A stretch of 64,000 nucleotides of DNA, from the NCBI RefSeq assembly GCF_011745625.1, contig NW_027191489.1, positions 62,001-126,000 of the forward strand. Reading direction: 5' to 3'. Below the pieces are notes generated by a model. That model was not told the DNA's origin. It ran no database searches and saw nothing but the letters and a program-made list of their open reading frames with translations. The translations under genes and the position numbers were made by a program. Every line of letters starts with the position of its first letter. Positions within the stretch are counted from its first letter, which is position 1. Origin of the DNA: Cladosporium halotolerans. Taxonomy: Eukaryota. Below, in pieces: positions 49,668-61,282 of the stretch.

Positions 49668-50603
49668 TCACTGAATACCATTGTCGCCCCATGCGAAGCC
49701 CAAGTTACCCAAGGCTCCATGGGTACTGCCAACCGGAAGTAGATTGTTCCAAGCATCAGCAGACCTTGAAGCCGCTGGAGCGCCTCCAGGACGAGCACCA
49801 CCTCGGCCTCGGCCCCTGTAGTTGTTTCTTCTAACGCGCTTTGCAGGAGGCTTGTCATCGCTGGCTTGAGATCTGTACGTTTCAAGATCCCGGTCCAATT
49901 TGGCGTTTGGATCCACTGCTTCTAGCAACTTGAGTGCAAAGCTCGGCTGATCCGCAACAAGCTTTTGGAAATCCTGTTCTTGGAGCAGCGCGGTCAGGTG
50001 CCTTTTCGCCTTCGGAAGTAGAGCATCCCATATGGCATCATTGGCAGTAGCTTCACCGATGACCTCGAGAGCAGAGATGAAGTCTTTCGCGTTTGTGACC
50101 GGATCGCAGCGAATGGACAGCTTGCCGAGCACTAGGTCGCGGAGCGCTGGAACGTTGTACTTGTCAGCAGCTGCATAGACATGTACACCGAACACAGATG
50201 GTTCCATTCCCGTGGGAGCAAAAGAGAGGCTGAAACCGTTGGTATAGAGGAAATGCACGATGGCTTTCAAGACCGCTGGCTGATCCTCTGGGAAGTCGAT
50301 CGTAGAAGCATGACCCTCCTGCATAGGATACGTTAGAACTCTGTTTGCCACTCTGATGATTGTTAGAATCATACCATGAATGGCCCACCGAGCAGTTTGC
50401 GGAAGTAGGCTGACTGGGCATAGAGGATGAGCTTGTGTGCTTTGATCTCTTGGCCTTGGCAAGTGAGGGTGACGTCCGAGAAGATATCGCGCGGTTGCAG
50501 ACTGTCAGCATGTTAGAGTAGCCCAAACGAGGAGACCTTGTGGCACCGGGTACCTCCTGAAGTTCTTGTTCAAATCAGTGCTTTCCTTATGAGGGGGCGC
50601 CAT
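49668..50603 (-). CDS. BTB/POZ domain protein, copy 2 (3 exons; RG-rich tail)
   Basis: FSDVTLTC...AHKLILYAQSAYF...GPFM|EG..STIDFPEDQPAVLKAIVHFLYT...VYAAADKY. Confidence 0.88.
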
Positions 50604-51037
50604 CTTGCGCCGGCTGTACTTGGGAGCAGCCTAGAGGGATAATCGAAGGAAGGAGATGCTGAGTGGTCGTGTCGGGCTCGCAAATGAGTTGAGGGAAGCT
50701 GAGGTCTTTTGGGAAGGTGCACGGGCGCGCGGTCACATGGGGCAGGAGCGCGACCGACGCTGCTGCCTAAGCATGTGACTTCACTTCACCTGCGAATGGA
50801 AGGGTAACACTTCAGGTCATGTGAAGCGTTGATACTGCTACGCCGGCCCACAGAATGCCACTGAGAATATTGTAAGAACAGGGAAGTATCATCCTGCGAT
50901 CCCGATCAGGGTCCATGAAATCATTTAACGCGCCGGAAACAGAGAATGCGGCTTCTGAAGCCCATGACCGCGACCAAAGTGAATATTGACGCCGAACTCA
51001 CTCGCTTGTCCACCTTGGCTGCGCGATGCCACCTTCG

Positions 51038-51841
51038 CTAATATCCCCTCGCATTACGCCCTCGATTACCACGGCTGCTAGTGATCCCCAATTCAATCGC
51101 AAACGGGTTCGGCGGAGCTTCCGTCGGCGGCCTGGACGACTTCAGCAGCCTCAATAGCCTGAAAGTGAAGCCCGGCTGATCAACAATGATGTCTCTGAAG
51201 TCCTGACGATTCAGAAGTGCGTCAATGTTGTCCTGTATTCTCGGTAATAGAATCTTCCAGATGATGCCATTTCCGGCGCAAGCATCGACAATCCGCACAG
51301 CATCAACGAAATCGTCCATGTCTCGAGTCGCATCGCAAGAGCGCGCGAACTCGTTTTTGGCGGTTTCGCACAGCGGCGCGCAATCGTACTTGTCGGCAAT
51401 CTCGTAAACGCGGAGGTAGAAGGTCGATGGCTTGTTTTGATCTGGGAACTTCGGGGTTGTCTCGCAGGAAAGCTGGTTCGTGTAGAGGAAATGGATCAGA
51501 GCGGCAACCGCGAAAGATTCATCGCCGTGAAGTTCAACAGTGTTAGCTGCGGACTCCTAGACGAGGATTAGGAGTCAAGCTCGAGACGGTGGGAAGCGAT
51601 AGCCAGACTCACTATGAAAGGCCCGTTGATGAGCTTGTTGAAGTACTCGGATTGAACGCTGAGAATGAACTTGTGGACTGCGAACTCGTGTTCATTGCAG
51701 ATCAGCTTCAAGTCGGAATGGAGGCCTCTTTCTCCGTAGCTATCGATTCAGGTCAGTAAGGTCTTGTGAGCATGATTCCCTACTTTTATACTTCATGATA
51801 TTGGTGGCCAGGTCATTGGTCGTGCGGCGCTGAGAAGCCAT
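51038..51841 (-). CDS. BTB/POZ domain protein, copy 3 (3 exons)
   Basis: HSDLKLIC...VHKFILSVQSEYF...GPFI|ES..NTVELHGD...ALIHFLYT...VYEIADKY. Confidence 0.88.
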
Positions 51842-52167
51842 AGTTGATTATCAATGATTCCGATGTACTTTGCAAGTCCGGTCCGTTAGTCGCGTCGATC
51901 GAGCACCCAGGGTTCTGGCGGAGCTGGCGTCAAGAAGGAAGGCGCGGCGTCGAGTGAGCGAAGTCGCTTGACATGTGATGCACCAGGTGACACGTAGCTC
52001 CTCAGAAACCTGAATGTTCAGAACGTCTCGAGAGCAGAGGGCACTTCTACTCTGGAAGCCCCAAGCGAAAGCATGAGATGGCTGGAACGAATCGGGAGAA
52101 GGGTGAGCACCGCCACGTATCGGCTGCACACCTTTGCATTGCAACTTGCTTTTCTACTTAGGTTGCC

Positions 52168-53181
52168 TTAAAACTTGGGGAAAAACATGGGTGTGTTCTT
52201 CTTCCACTCTTGGTAGTCTTTGCGATCACCGTACCGCTTGTCGTATTTCTTCTCGCTCATCGGAATGCCAGAGACCTGCAGGCGGAAGTTAGCTCGGACA
52301 ATCAGACCGTCATGACGACCTCAGGCACTCACCTTGAAAAGCAGAAACGTAACAAAGGCAGGGCTAACACCAGCCATAGCCAGCGCGCCAGCCTTCGCGA
52401 GCAATCCTCCGCTAAGACCCATACCAGCCCGACCCACACCGCTCAACATAACGCCAGCAGCAGTCGTCGCGATACCGGTCCAAAGTGTGCTCTCGCCGAA
52501 GTAGTTCGGGTGTCTGCTCTTGCTCCATAGGCCGCGAGTCAGGAACTCTTCGCTGTGTTTCTTGGCCTTCTTCTCCTCCATCCATTGACTCTTCTGCCTG
52601 TCCGCTGTCGCCTCGAACGTAATGCCTCCAACGTACAGCAGCAGCCCAAGGATATCCGTCAGACCGAGAGGAAGAGCTGCGAGGGTAGCGGCGGGGATAG
52701 CGTTTATGGCGAGAACAGGGAGCAGGCACAGAGAGACCCAAGTGGCTTGCGCAGTGAAAGCTCCAAAGAACTTAGGTGCACTCTCACGGATGCCATCGAA
52801 GCGGCTGTCGCGGCCATTTTCAGCGGTGATGCGGGAGAAAAGGAAGGATCCAAGACGGGCGGCCCAGAAGGTCACGGCGGCGGACAGGGCGAGCTGGCGC
52901 CAGTTGGCAGCGCGGAGGATTTCGAGGACTCCAGGAAGAGCAGCACTAGGACCGGCGGCGTAGCGAGCGCGGAGCAGAGGGAGGGAAAGCGAGAGAGCAG
53001 TGCAAGAGAGGTAGGTCAAAGAGCCGGAGAGATCGTAGTAGCGTTCGGTCTGGAAAATGATTGAGGGAATGGCTACTGCCGCCTGAATGCCATAGGCCAG
53101 GCCAATGCTAGGCACGAGAGTCCGCAAGAAGGGCGTGCGGTAGTTAGTCGCGTGAAGGAGCGTGCCGATGAGTCCAGACAT
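52168..53181 (-). CDS. DUF1295 / steroid 5-alpha-reductase-like membrane protein (intron about 52277-52333)
   Basis: YDLSGS, RLGSFLF.RI, DSRF, EATADRQK, GLWSKSRHPNYFGE and last exon VSGIPMSE...PMFFPKF*. Confidence 0.9.
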
Positions 53182-54208
53182 CGTGGTTTGAATGTGCAGC
53201 TCACAAGGAGACTGCGAGAAAGATTTGATGGTGCAGAGAAATGTGGCTAAGAGAAAACTCGCGGAGGAATATTATCTCTGGGTTTATACCCACCGCGCTA
53301 TAGCTGTCGAAGGAGGGCTCATTTCACATGCTGCTTGGTTTTGATGACGACATTTCATGTTTTGGGCGATGCGAGATGCGAGAGACGCGACGGAAGCCGG
53401 CTGTCAATCCTCCCGAACGCGCTGGCCCACATCAATCGCCGACGCTCATCGGACACGACCTCACTTCATACCAGTTCCCTTTTTCTGGTACTCGTCTTTC
53501 TTTGGAGTTCAGACGGCTCGGCTGCTGAGGACAGCTCTCTGCGCTTCGGCGCTTGAAGGTTACATAAGCATATTTGGGACGACCGCCGCAAAAGTTTAAA
53601 ACATTCCTCGACTGCCAATTGGACTTATTAGTGGATTGCCAAGTATCTGGCAGACCGTCGTGCTGGTGTGAGCCAAGAGCGCCGCAAGTGATTACTCCTC
53701 TGATAATGCGCGAGGCCCAGTGGCTGGCGATCTACTGCGACGCGACATATTCGGCAGACGCGCAGGCGTAGGATCCCACATTACTACCATCAAGAAGAGA
53801 GAATTGCCATCGACCGCAATGCATTCGAGGCGCCTTTGAAAGAGAACAGCGGCTCCGCGATTCTGACAGCGAGATTCGTCGTCCAGTCATATACTCTCTC
53901 ACGGCTTATACCAGTGTAATGACAGAGCCGCGGTACCCACTCGTCCCCGAATGGAGCCTCAGCGGAGAGTATCCATCCTGACGGTAAGACGCGATGAGGA
54001 AGTCAAATGCTTCCCACTGCTTATTTTCATTCTCCATGTCTATACTGCGTGGCACCTGCACTCATATTAAACTGGCCACCCTCCCCAGCACCTTCCCAAC
54101 TTCTTCACCAACCCCGCAAGTCAACTTCCAACAGAACCTACTGTCAAGTATCACAGACTCGACATTCCCGGATATCTCCAGAAAGCTATCGATAGCAACG
54201 CATCCGCA

Positions 54209-55860
54209 ATGGCCAACATCGAAGCGCAACGCAGCGACCCCTCTATCAAGGAGGCTCCGAGCCCGGTTGTCGAAGAACGCAGGGACTCCCGCACGGAAAT
54301 TACTGACAAGGACCCGATCGCGAAGGCGACGCTCGGGTTTGCCTTCCCTACGGCGAAAAAATGGTGGATCCTCACTGTCATCTTCTGGGTTCAGATCAGC
54401 ATGAACTACAACGCGGCAATCTACGCCAACGCTGTTCCTGGCATGGCCAAGGAATTTGGCATCACCCCGTTCCAAGCTCGTCTCGGTCAAATGGCTTTCC
54501 TCGTCGCTTACGGTTTCGGTTGTGAATTCTGGGCTCCGTTCTCTGAGGAACTCGGTCGCAAATGGATTATGCAAGTATCTCTCGGTCTCGTCAATCTCTT
54601 CCAACTCCCGTGCATGCTGTCTACAGGCTTTGGAACCGTCCTTGCTGGTCGTATCATGGGAGGTCTCTCCTCCGCAGGCGGCAGTGTTACACTTGGCATG
54701 GTCGCCGACATGTTCGGCCCCGAGGATCAGCAATTCGCCATGCTCTATGTCGTCTTCTCCTCCTGCGCCGGCTCCGTCGTCGCACCCATCATCGGTGGCT
54801 TCATGACGCAGTATGCCGACTGGCGCTGGGTCTTCTACTCCCAGCTTATCTTCGGTGCTGTCGTTCAGCTCGCCCATCTGATCATCGTCCCGGAAACTCG
54901 CGCCACTGTCCTCCTCGACCGCGAAGCCCAACGCCGCCGCAAGTCCGGCGAGGAGCCTGACGTCTATGGCCCGAGAGAGATCAGGGGCAACTTCTGGCAA
55001 CGTCTCGACTGCAAACACGTCCTGAGACTGATGTGGAGACCCTATCAATTTCTGCTGACCGAGCCCGTCGTCGCTTTCCTGTCTCTGCTCAGTGGCTTCA
55101 GCGACGCTCTCATCTTCACCGGACTTGACAGCTTTGCGCTCGTCCTGAGCAAGTGGAACTTCACCCCTTCGCAAGTTGGACTGTCTTTTGTCTCGTAAGT
55201 CTCCAACAGAGTCACAATTTCGCGCGAGTTCGTGCTAACAATATGCAGGCTCCTCCTCGGCTACGTCCTGTCCTGCCTCTTTTTCATCCCGTTCTACATC
55301 AACGACCGCCGCGCTATGAGAGCAGCCGGCGGTGAGCACGGCATCAAGCCTGAGCGTCGCATGAAGGGTCTTCTCTGGCTTATCCTCCTCGAACCGATCG
55401 GACTTGCCGCTTTCGGCGCGACCTCTCTCGGCCCGCCCGAGGTTCACTGGATCGCGCCTCTGATCTTCGTCACGATGATTGGTATTGCCAACTTGGCCAT
55501 CTACCAAGCCACCTGTGACTACATGGTATGTACTTCAACTCTGCTTCACCTTGTTCATGAAGCTGACTCGATGCTCAGGTCGCTGCCTATGGCGAGTATT
55601 CCGCCAGCGCCACCGGCGGCAACGGCTTCTGCCGCGACTTCCTCGCCGGTATCGCCGCTCTGTATGCCACGCCGCTATACTCCAACATCAAGCCTGGTAC
55701 TAAGTGGCAGCTTCCGATCCCGTCCTTCATGCTCGCCGCTTTCGCCGTACCGCTGGTCATCGCTCCCTATATCTTCTACTTCCACGGCGAATGGTTCCGC
55801 AGTCGGTCGAAGTATGCTTCGCAGCTTGCCGAGAAGCGTGCGGAGGAGAAGGAGAACTAA
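54209..55860 (+). CDS. MFS transporter, DHA1 drug:H+ antiporter type (introns about 55195-55248 and 55526-55578)
   Basis: WAPFSEELGRKW, AGRIMGGLSSA, PIIGG..WRW, PETR and EPVV motifs in a 12-TM pattern. Confidence 0.92.
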
Positions 55861-56212
55861 CTGCGCCGCTGATGGAATCGAGAAAGATTGTGGTGTTGCT
55901 TTCATGCCTTTTTTTGCTTTGCTGTGCAAGGTCCTCTTTTGTTAACACCAACTATTCTCACAGCCCAAGCCTTGGTGAGAAGTGGGCTGGAGACAAGAGG
56001 CCATAACATTGCGAGGAATTTTCCGCTTTGGTCTCTCTTCGCGCGTCGGATACCCCGGTCTCTTTTCATGTGATTAGTTGAGTCGCTATTGATTATAGAA
56101 AATATGTAGAAAAAAAAAGTATAAAAATATAAAAGCCTTTGAAGGCACCTAAAGCCGCATTTAGTGTGGACCACTAGACTGTATCCATGAAGGTTTTCCA
56201 ATTTGCCTGTGC

Positions 56213-57390
56213 CTAAGCTACTGCCAACGCACTAACATATTGCGGATTCAGTGGGTAATCGATGTATCCTTTCGGGTCCTTGGGCGTGTAGAAGACCGAC
56301 CGGTCGTATTTCTCCAGCGGCAGACCCTCCTTCACACGGTAGACTAGGTCAGGGTTCGTGACAAAATACCGTCCAAAGACAATGACAACATCGTGGTCCC
56401 TGTAAGTTTCGTCGACAGCATGCTTCGCCGATCCCGGTAAGAATCCTCCAGCCAATAGAACAGGGCTAGCATTGTCCCAGGATTTGACCATCCAGGAAAC
56501 CGATTTCTGCCCGCCACAATCGGAATCGTCGTTTCCCTTGATTCGAGCCTCGATTAAATGGAGAAATGATAGGCCAAGAGGCTTCAACTGTTGCAGCAAA
56601 TACTCGAAGGTTGGCTCAGGCTCGTCCATCAGCATTCCGCCAAAGCTGCTGTAGGGACTCAGGCGCATCGCAGTCCTCTCAGCACCCACGGCAGCGATGA
56701 CCGCTTTCGTCACCTCGACGTGAAAGCGGCTTCGGTTCTCAATGCTCCCTCCCCAGCCATCCGTCCGCTGGTTGGAAGTCGTCTGCAGGAAAGCGTCTGG
56801 TAAGTAGCCATTCGCGCCATGGATCTCCACGCCATCGAACCCAGCAGCGATCGCATTCTTCGCCGCCTTCGCATAGTCGCCAATCGCCTCCCAGATCTCC
56901 TCCTCGGTCATGGCCTCTGGTGTGGCATCCTCAGGCGACATCGGAACAGCGCTCGACGAGAGCATCCTGCAGCCTTCCGCTTTGAGGACTTCCGGATCGG
57001 CACAGCGGCCTTGGTGCCAGAGCTGGCAGTAAATCTTGCAGCCCTTCGAGTGCACGACGGAAGTGATCTCTTTCCATGATTCGACTTGGGCGTCTGACCA
57101 GATGCCCGGGCAGTTGCGGCGACCGATGGCGTTCTTTGCGATGATGGTTGCTTCGCTTATGATAAGGGTGCCTGGGACGCAAGAACGTTGCTCGTAGTAT
57201 TCTGCGATTACGGTAAACATTTGAATTGACCATGGTTATGCTTCAGCAAATCCGACTTTAGCTGCCTACCTTTGTTCATGGCGACAGCGTTCCAGTCGTC
57301 GCCCCATCGGAACCGCGTCAAAGGAGCCATCGCAACCCGATGCTCCAACTGGACATTTCCCACAGTGAGAGGCTCAAACAGTCTGGACAT
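56213..57390 (-). CDS. Old yellow enzyme family NADH:flavin oxidoreductase (intron about 57203-57269)
   Basis: LFEPLTVG..L.HRVAMAPLTRFR|EYYEQR, QLWHQGR, GFDGVEIHGANGYL, NQRTD.WGGSIENR.RF, RLSPY and FGRYFVTNPDL. Confidence 0.94.
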
Positions 57391-57633
57391 GATGACTTTT
57401 TGCGGTTCTTTGATCTCGATAGAGTTGATGGGTGTAGACGTCACGGTATTTTGATGCCATTCGTCGAGACGCTTCTACATCTATATACAACATTTAGTCA
57501 AATCCACATCACCGTACAAGCACTTCGGCGATGACTCGGACGAGATGGAGTGGTACTAGGAGGTCGCATATCAATGTATACACCCGGTACCAACCATGCC
57601 GAAGCCGACACCAATCACCGGCGTGCATTCTTA

Positions 57634-57652
57634 TCGGGACTTTTTTTGCCGA
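57634..57652. promoter_or_regulatory. Candidate Zn2Cys6 site TCGG-N11-CCGA upstream of the OYE gene
   Basis: TCGGGACTTTTTTTGCCGA, 244 nt upstream of the OYE ATG. Confidence 0.45.
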
Positions 57653-57939
57653 CCGATGCACCAAGACTAATAAGCTGGCGTAAAGAATCGATAGGCTTTT
57701 TGGCAAAGATACCAGTACGGTTCGCTTAGTCACAAAGTGGGTGTCAAGGACGAATGACTCCATTCTTGTAAGAAACACCAAACAATAGCCTTTCTCAACG
57801 TGATCGGATTATGACGCTCAAGGTACTGGACGCTGCGCAGAAACAGATTCCCATATTGCATGTACAGTAGGTAATTGTAAGAACAATAACGATCCATAGA
57901 AACTCAAAATCTTCCCCCTCTCGCAGCCCATCATCCCGA

Positions 57940-59965
57940 TCATACATCAGCCTTGCAACCTTTCTCGCCCACGTGAAACTCCTCCGCATCAGTCATAGGC
58001 GGCGTAGCAGGCGCAAAATACTCCTCGCCATCCCGCTCGCCCTCAAAGAAGCCCTCGCGGCCCTCGTTAGCAAGCCACTCCCTCTCAAACGGCGCAGCCT
58101 CGCGACCGGTAGGGAATATCTGCGGTTTGAAGAAGATCGCAATGATATAGTAAATGACGGCCGAAGTGAAGAACGTCAGCAGCCAGCCCATCATGTACAT
58201 GTATCGCGCAGCATTGCTGATCAGCTGCGGTTCATACTGTCCGATCAAGCCGGGGATGCCCATAGTAGTGCCCAGCAGCCAGGCGGCGACGCCGCACCAG
58301 TTGACGCCGGACCAGAACCAGTAGAGGCCGGAGGATTTGCCGTCGTAGCATGAGGGTACGTGTACGTTGCCCTTGCGGACAAGGAAGTAGTCGACGATGA
58401 TGCATGCGCATAGAGGTGCCATGAAGATGTTGTATGAACCCAGGAAACTGTGCGCTGTCAGTACGGAGACGGCTTGAGTCAAGATAATACGAAGAAAAGC
58501 CTTACCTCAGGAACGCGGAAGCGTTCGCCATAAGTTGCCATGGCTGAACGACAACACCCAGAATGGCGCAGAGCACCTGACCACGACGAATCGTGAGCCA
58601 TTTGGGGAAAAGACCGGTCATGTCCGCGCCAAAAGGAATGCTGTTGGCGCCGAAATTGGTGGCGAATACGCCAAAGAAGAAGGCCAAAGCCACGAAAAAT
58701 ATTCCGGCACGAGCACCGGCATTGAAATAGTGGTCAAGGATGGCGTCCAAAAGATCCCAAATATTCCAATGGGCAACTCCCCATCGCGCCTGGATGCTGG
58801 TCGTGCTTGCCATGCCTAGGAAGAATACGACGATAGAGGAGACGAAGACACTGATGCCTTGACTAATTCCAGCATCGCGGGGCTTCTTGCAGTAACGCGC
58901 AAGATCTGGCTGATTGACGAGCATGGGAGACAAAGACCCGAAGATCGTGTTGATCCCAGACATGATGCTCCAGCCGAGAGGGGTAACAGAAGGCGAAAGC
59001 TCAGCCCCTGAAGATGCCAGATCCATTGCTTTCAGGCCTCCACCGTTGGCCATGCACCATCCGAATAGTGCAAATGCGGCGATAGGCATCGTGCATCCTT
59101 TGATGGTGAAGATGTAGTGAATGCTTTTCGGATGGATCCACATCTATGAATAGTCAGAAGATACTTTGCAAGAGCCAACATCGGGCCACTTACGAATGGG
59201 AACTCCATGAGCCATGCCATGAAGAAAGCCAATAGCTGTTTCGATGTGACATTTGCGGTCGCAGAAAGTGTGTTCTCAAAGTTGTGCCACGAACTTCCAA
59301 AGATGCAGCGAAGCATCACCGATAGAACATTGCCAGCATAGAAAGACTGTATGCCGTACCAGATGATACACACAATCGCTCTGATGAAGACGAAAAAGTA
59401 GGAACCATACATTCCCATGACCGATCGGGCCAGAACTGGGCTGCAGCGGATTAGCGAAGCACAAATGGAAGATCTGGAAAGGAGAGAACACACAAGCCAA
59501 TGTGGTATTTTACACCTGGACGAGCCATGAGGACAACCACGACGGCGGCGAGGAATGACCCAATGCAAGCAGAGACGAAGGATTGTTGCCATGTCTGCGC
59601 AATGTCAGCTTCGAGAATATACCGACTGCTTTGCTGATAGCTCACCAGGCCAACAGTCACCAGCGCAGAACCTGTGTTCCAGCCCACGAGAGAAAACTGA
59701 TTTGAGAGCCAGTATAGCGGCAAGTTGAACCTGAATTTCTCTCTGTCAGGACCAAATCACAATCTGATCGCACGTGAAGGACATACCATGTCCAGGTCCT
59801 CTGCTCCACCGGGGTCGGCTCGAGATCTTTGTTTGACCACCTCGGATCACCAACCGTAGCATGTCCTTCATTACCTTCCGGTGACTTCAGGAAGTCAATG
59901 AACGCCTGCTTCGATCGAAATGGTGCAGCCATGTAGGCCTTGCTTGGCGCCTTGAACTTCACCAT
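57940..59965 (-). CDS. NCS1 family (Fur4/Dal4-like) nucleobase/allantoin permease (multi-exon)
   Basis: WSNKDLEPTP.EQRTWTW, PGVKYHIG, RSVMGMYGS, WYGIQ, NQPDLARY, ANSIPFGAD, IRRG, QPWQL and FLGSY motifs. Confidence 0.93.
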
Positions 59966-60220
59966 CACGCCTCGAGCTTGGGAGATGATCTTTCTTCGGT
60001 GTCGGCGTTGCCAGGATGTTGGAGATCTTCCAGGATGAGGAGTTATACAATTTCAAGAGTATTCCCCTTGCAGAAAGGAGCGCAGAGTCGAATCGTTCAT
60101 TCTATCTCATCAACAGAGATTATCGCCTCACATATACATAATGCTGAATGATGGCTCTTTGCCACCTTGAGACATCGCACAGCTCGCAATGAGGGTGACA
60201 GACGCATCCCAGCAGTTTCG

Positions 60221-60239
60221 TCGGCGCATTTCCAGCCGA
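60221..60239. promoter_or_regulatory. Candidate Zn2Cys6 site TCGG-N11-CCGA upstream of the NCS1 permease
   Basis: TCGGCGCATTTCCAGCCGA, 256 nt upstream of the permease ATG. Confidence 0.45.
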
Positions 60240-60662
60240 TGCAGTACAGTGCATCTTACCATGCCGACGGCAACATCCATGAGAGGCCTTGGAACCTTAC
60301 AGGTGCTAACGTATGAGTCGACAGGCTTGAGTTATCGGGAGAGTGACTGACTCGTGTACACGAGGACAGAGTTGAGGACGTTGGGCAGACTGGTCTTTAT
60401 CGATGCCCCTCCCAGCCCGATTGGTGTTAGACACGTCCTCAGAGATAAGATACTTGGCGTCACAGGCGCAAGTCCCGCTCAATCCTGCCTAGCTCTTATC
60501 TTTCGTCTGAGCTGGGTCGCGCTAGCACTGGTGTGATACACGAAGCAAGATGTGTGATCGCTGTAAGTCAGGCTAATAAGTGCCTCGTGGTGATGAGACC
60601 ATCCACGCCCCTTGGCCGTCAACGCACCATGCCTCGAGCTCCGCTTGTCCGTCAAATCAGAC

Positions 60663-60680
60663 TTTCGGCACGGACCGAAA
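60663..60680. promoter_or_regulatory. Ppr1/UaY-type site TTTCGG-N6-CCGAAA in the divergent permease/TF promoter
   Basis: TTTCGGCACGGACCGAAA has perfect 6-bp inverted arms and matches the TCGG-N6-CCGA consensus of Ppr1/UaY. A second CGG-N6-CCG lies at 60906-60917. Confidence 0.55.
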
Positions 60681-61282
60681 TGGGTTCGCGACATCGAACG
60701 CGTCGATTCATCCGTCCTTGCGGTTAGTCGGAAAATCGTACACAGAATCTCCACTATCGACAACTGTAATAACAATCATATGAAGATCTCACACCACAAA
60801 CACTCTACTGACTAACCATCGGCGATTGCTGCTCAGCCCGCAGCGTGAGACACCATATTGTAGGGTAGTACAATAATTTCCCCTCCCTCTATTCGGCGCC
60901 GAAATCGGATTGGCCCGGTCCGACTGCCTTTCCCGGTGGCTGCGGAGAGCCGCTTGCGGAGAGTTTGGAGGCGTGGGAGGCTCATCGGTCCAGTCGCGAA
61001 GAGGAAGGATGGCTGACTATCCAGACCACTTGGATACACTTAGCTCCAGCCGGGCCATCTTCATCACGGCCGGGCTCCTGATCAGCTGACGATAGTGGAG
61101 ATAGCACTCACTTCGACCACTCAGCCGAGCCAGCCTCCTGCCGTCGCAACATCCTCAAACATCTCCGTAGGTCCGATCGGTTTATTTCTTTCCTTGCACA
61201 CTGTCTCACATATCGGGTGTTTTTGTCCCTTGTCTGTCGCCCATTTGAGTGTTGAGAACTACACGTGACTTATCGTGGTACA

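Noticed and set aside
56085..56140. A-rich tract between the MFS and OYE genes
   Set aside because: Fits shared 3'-end/polyadenylation sequence of convergent genes; too short for a RIP-degraded repeat.
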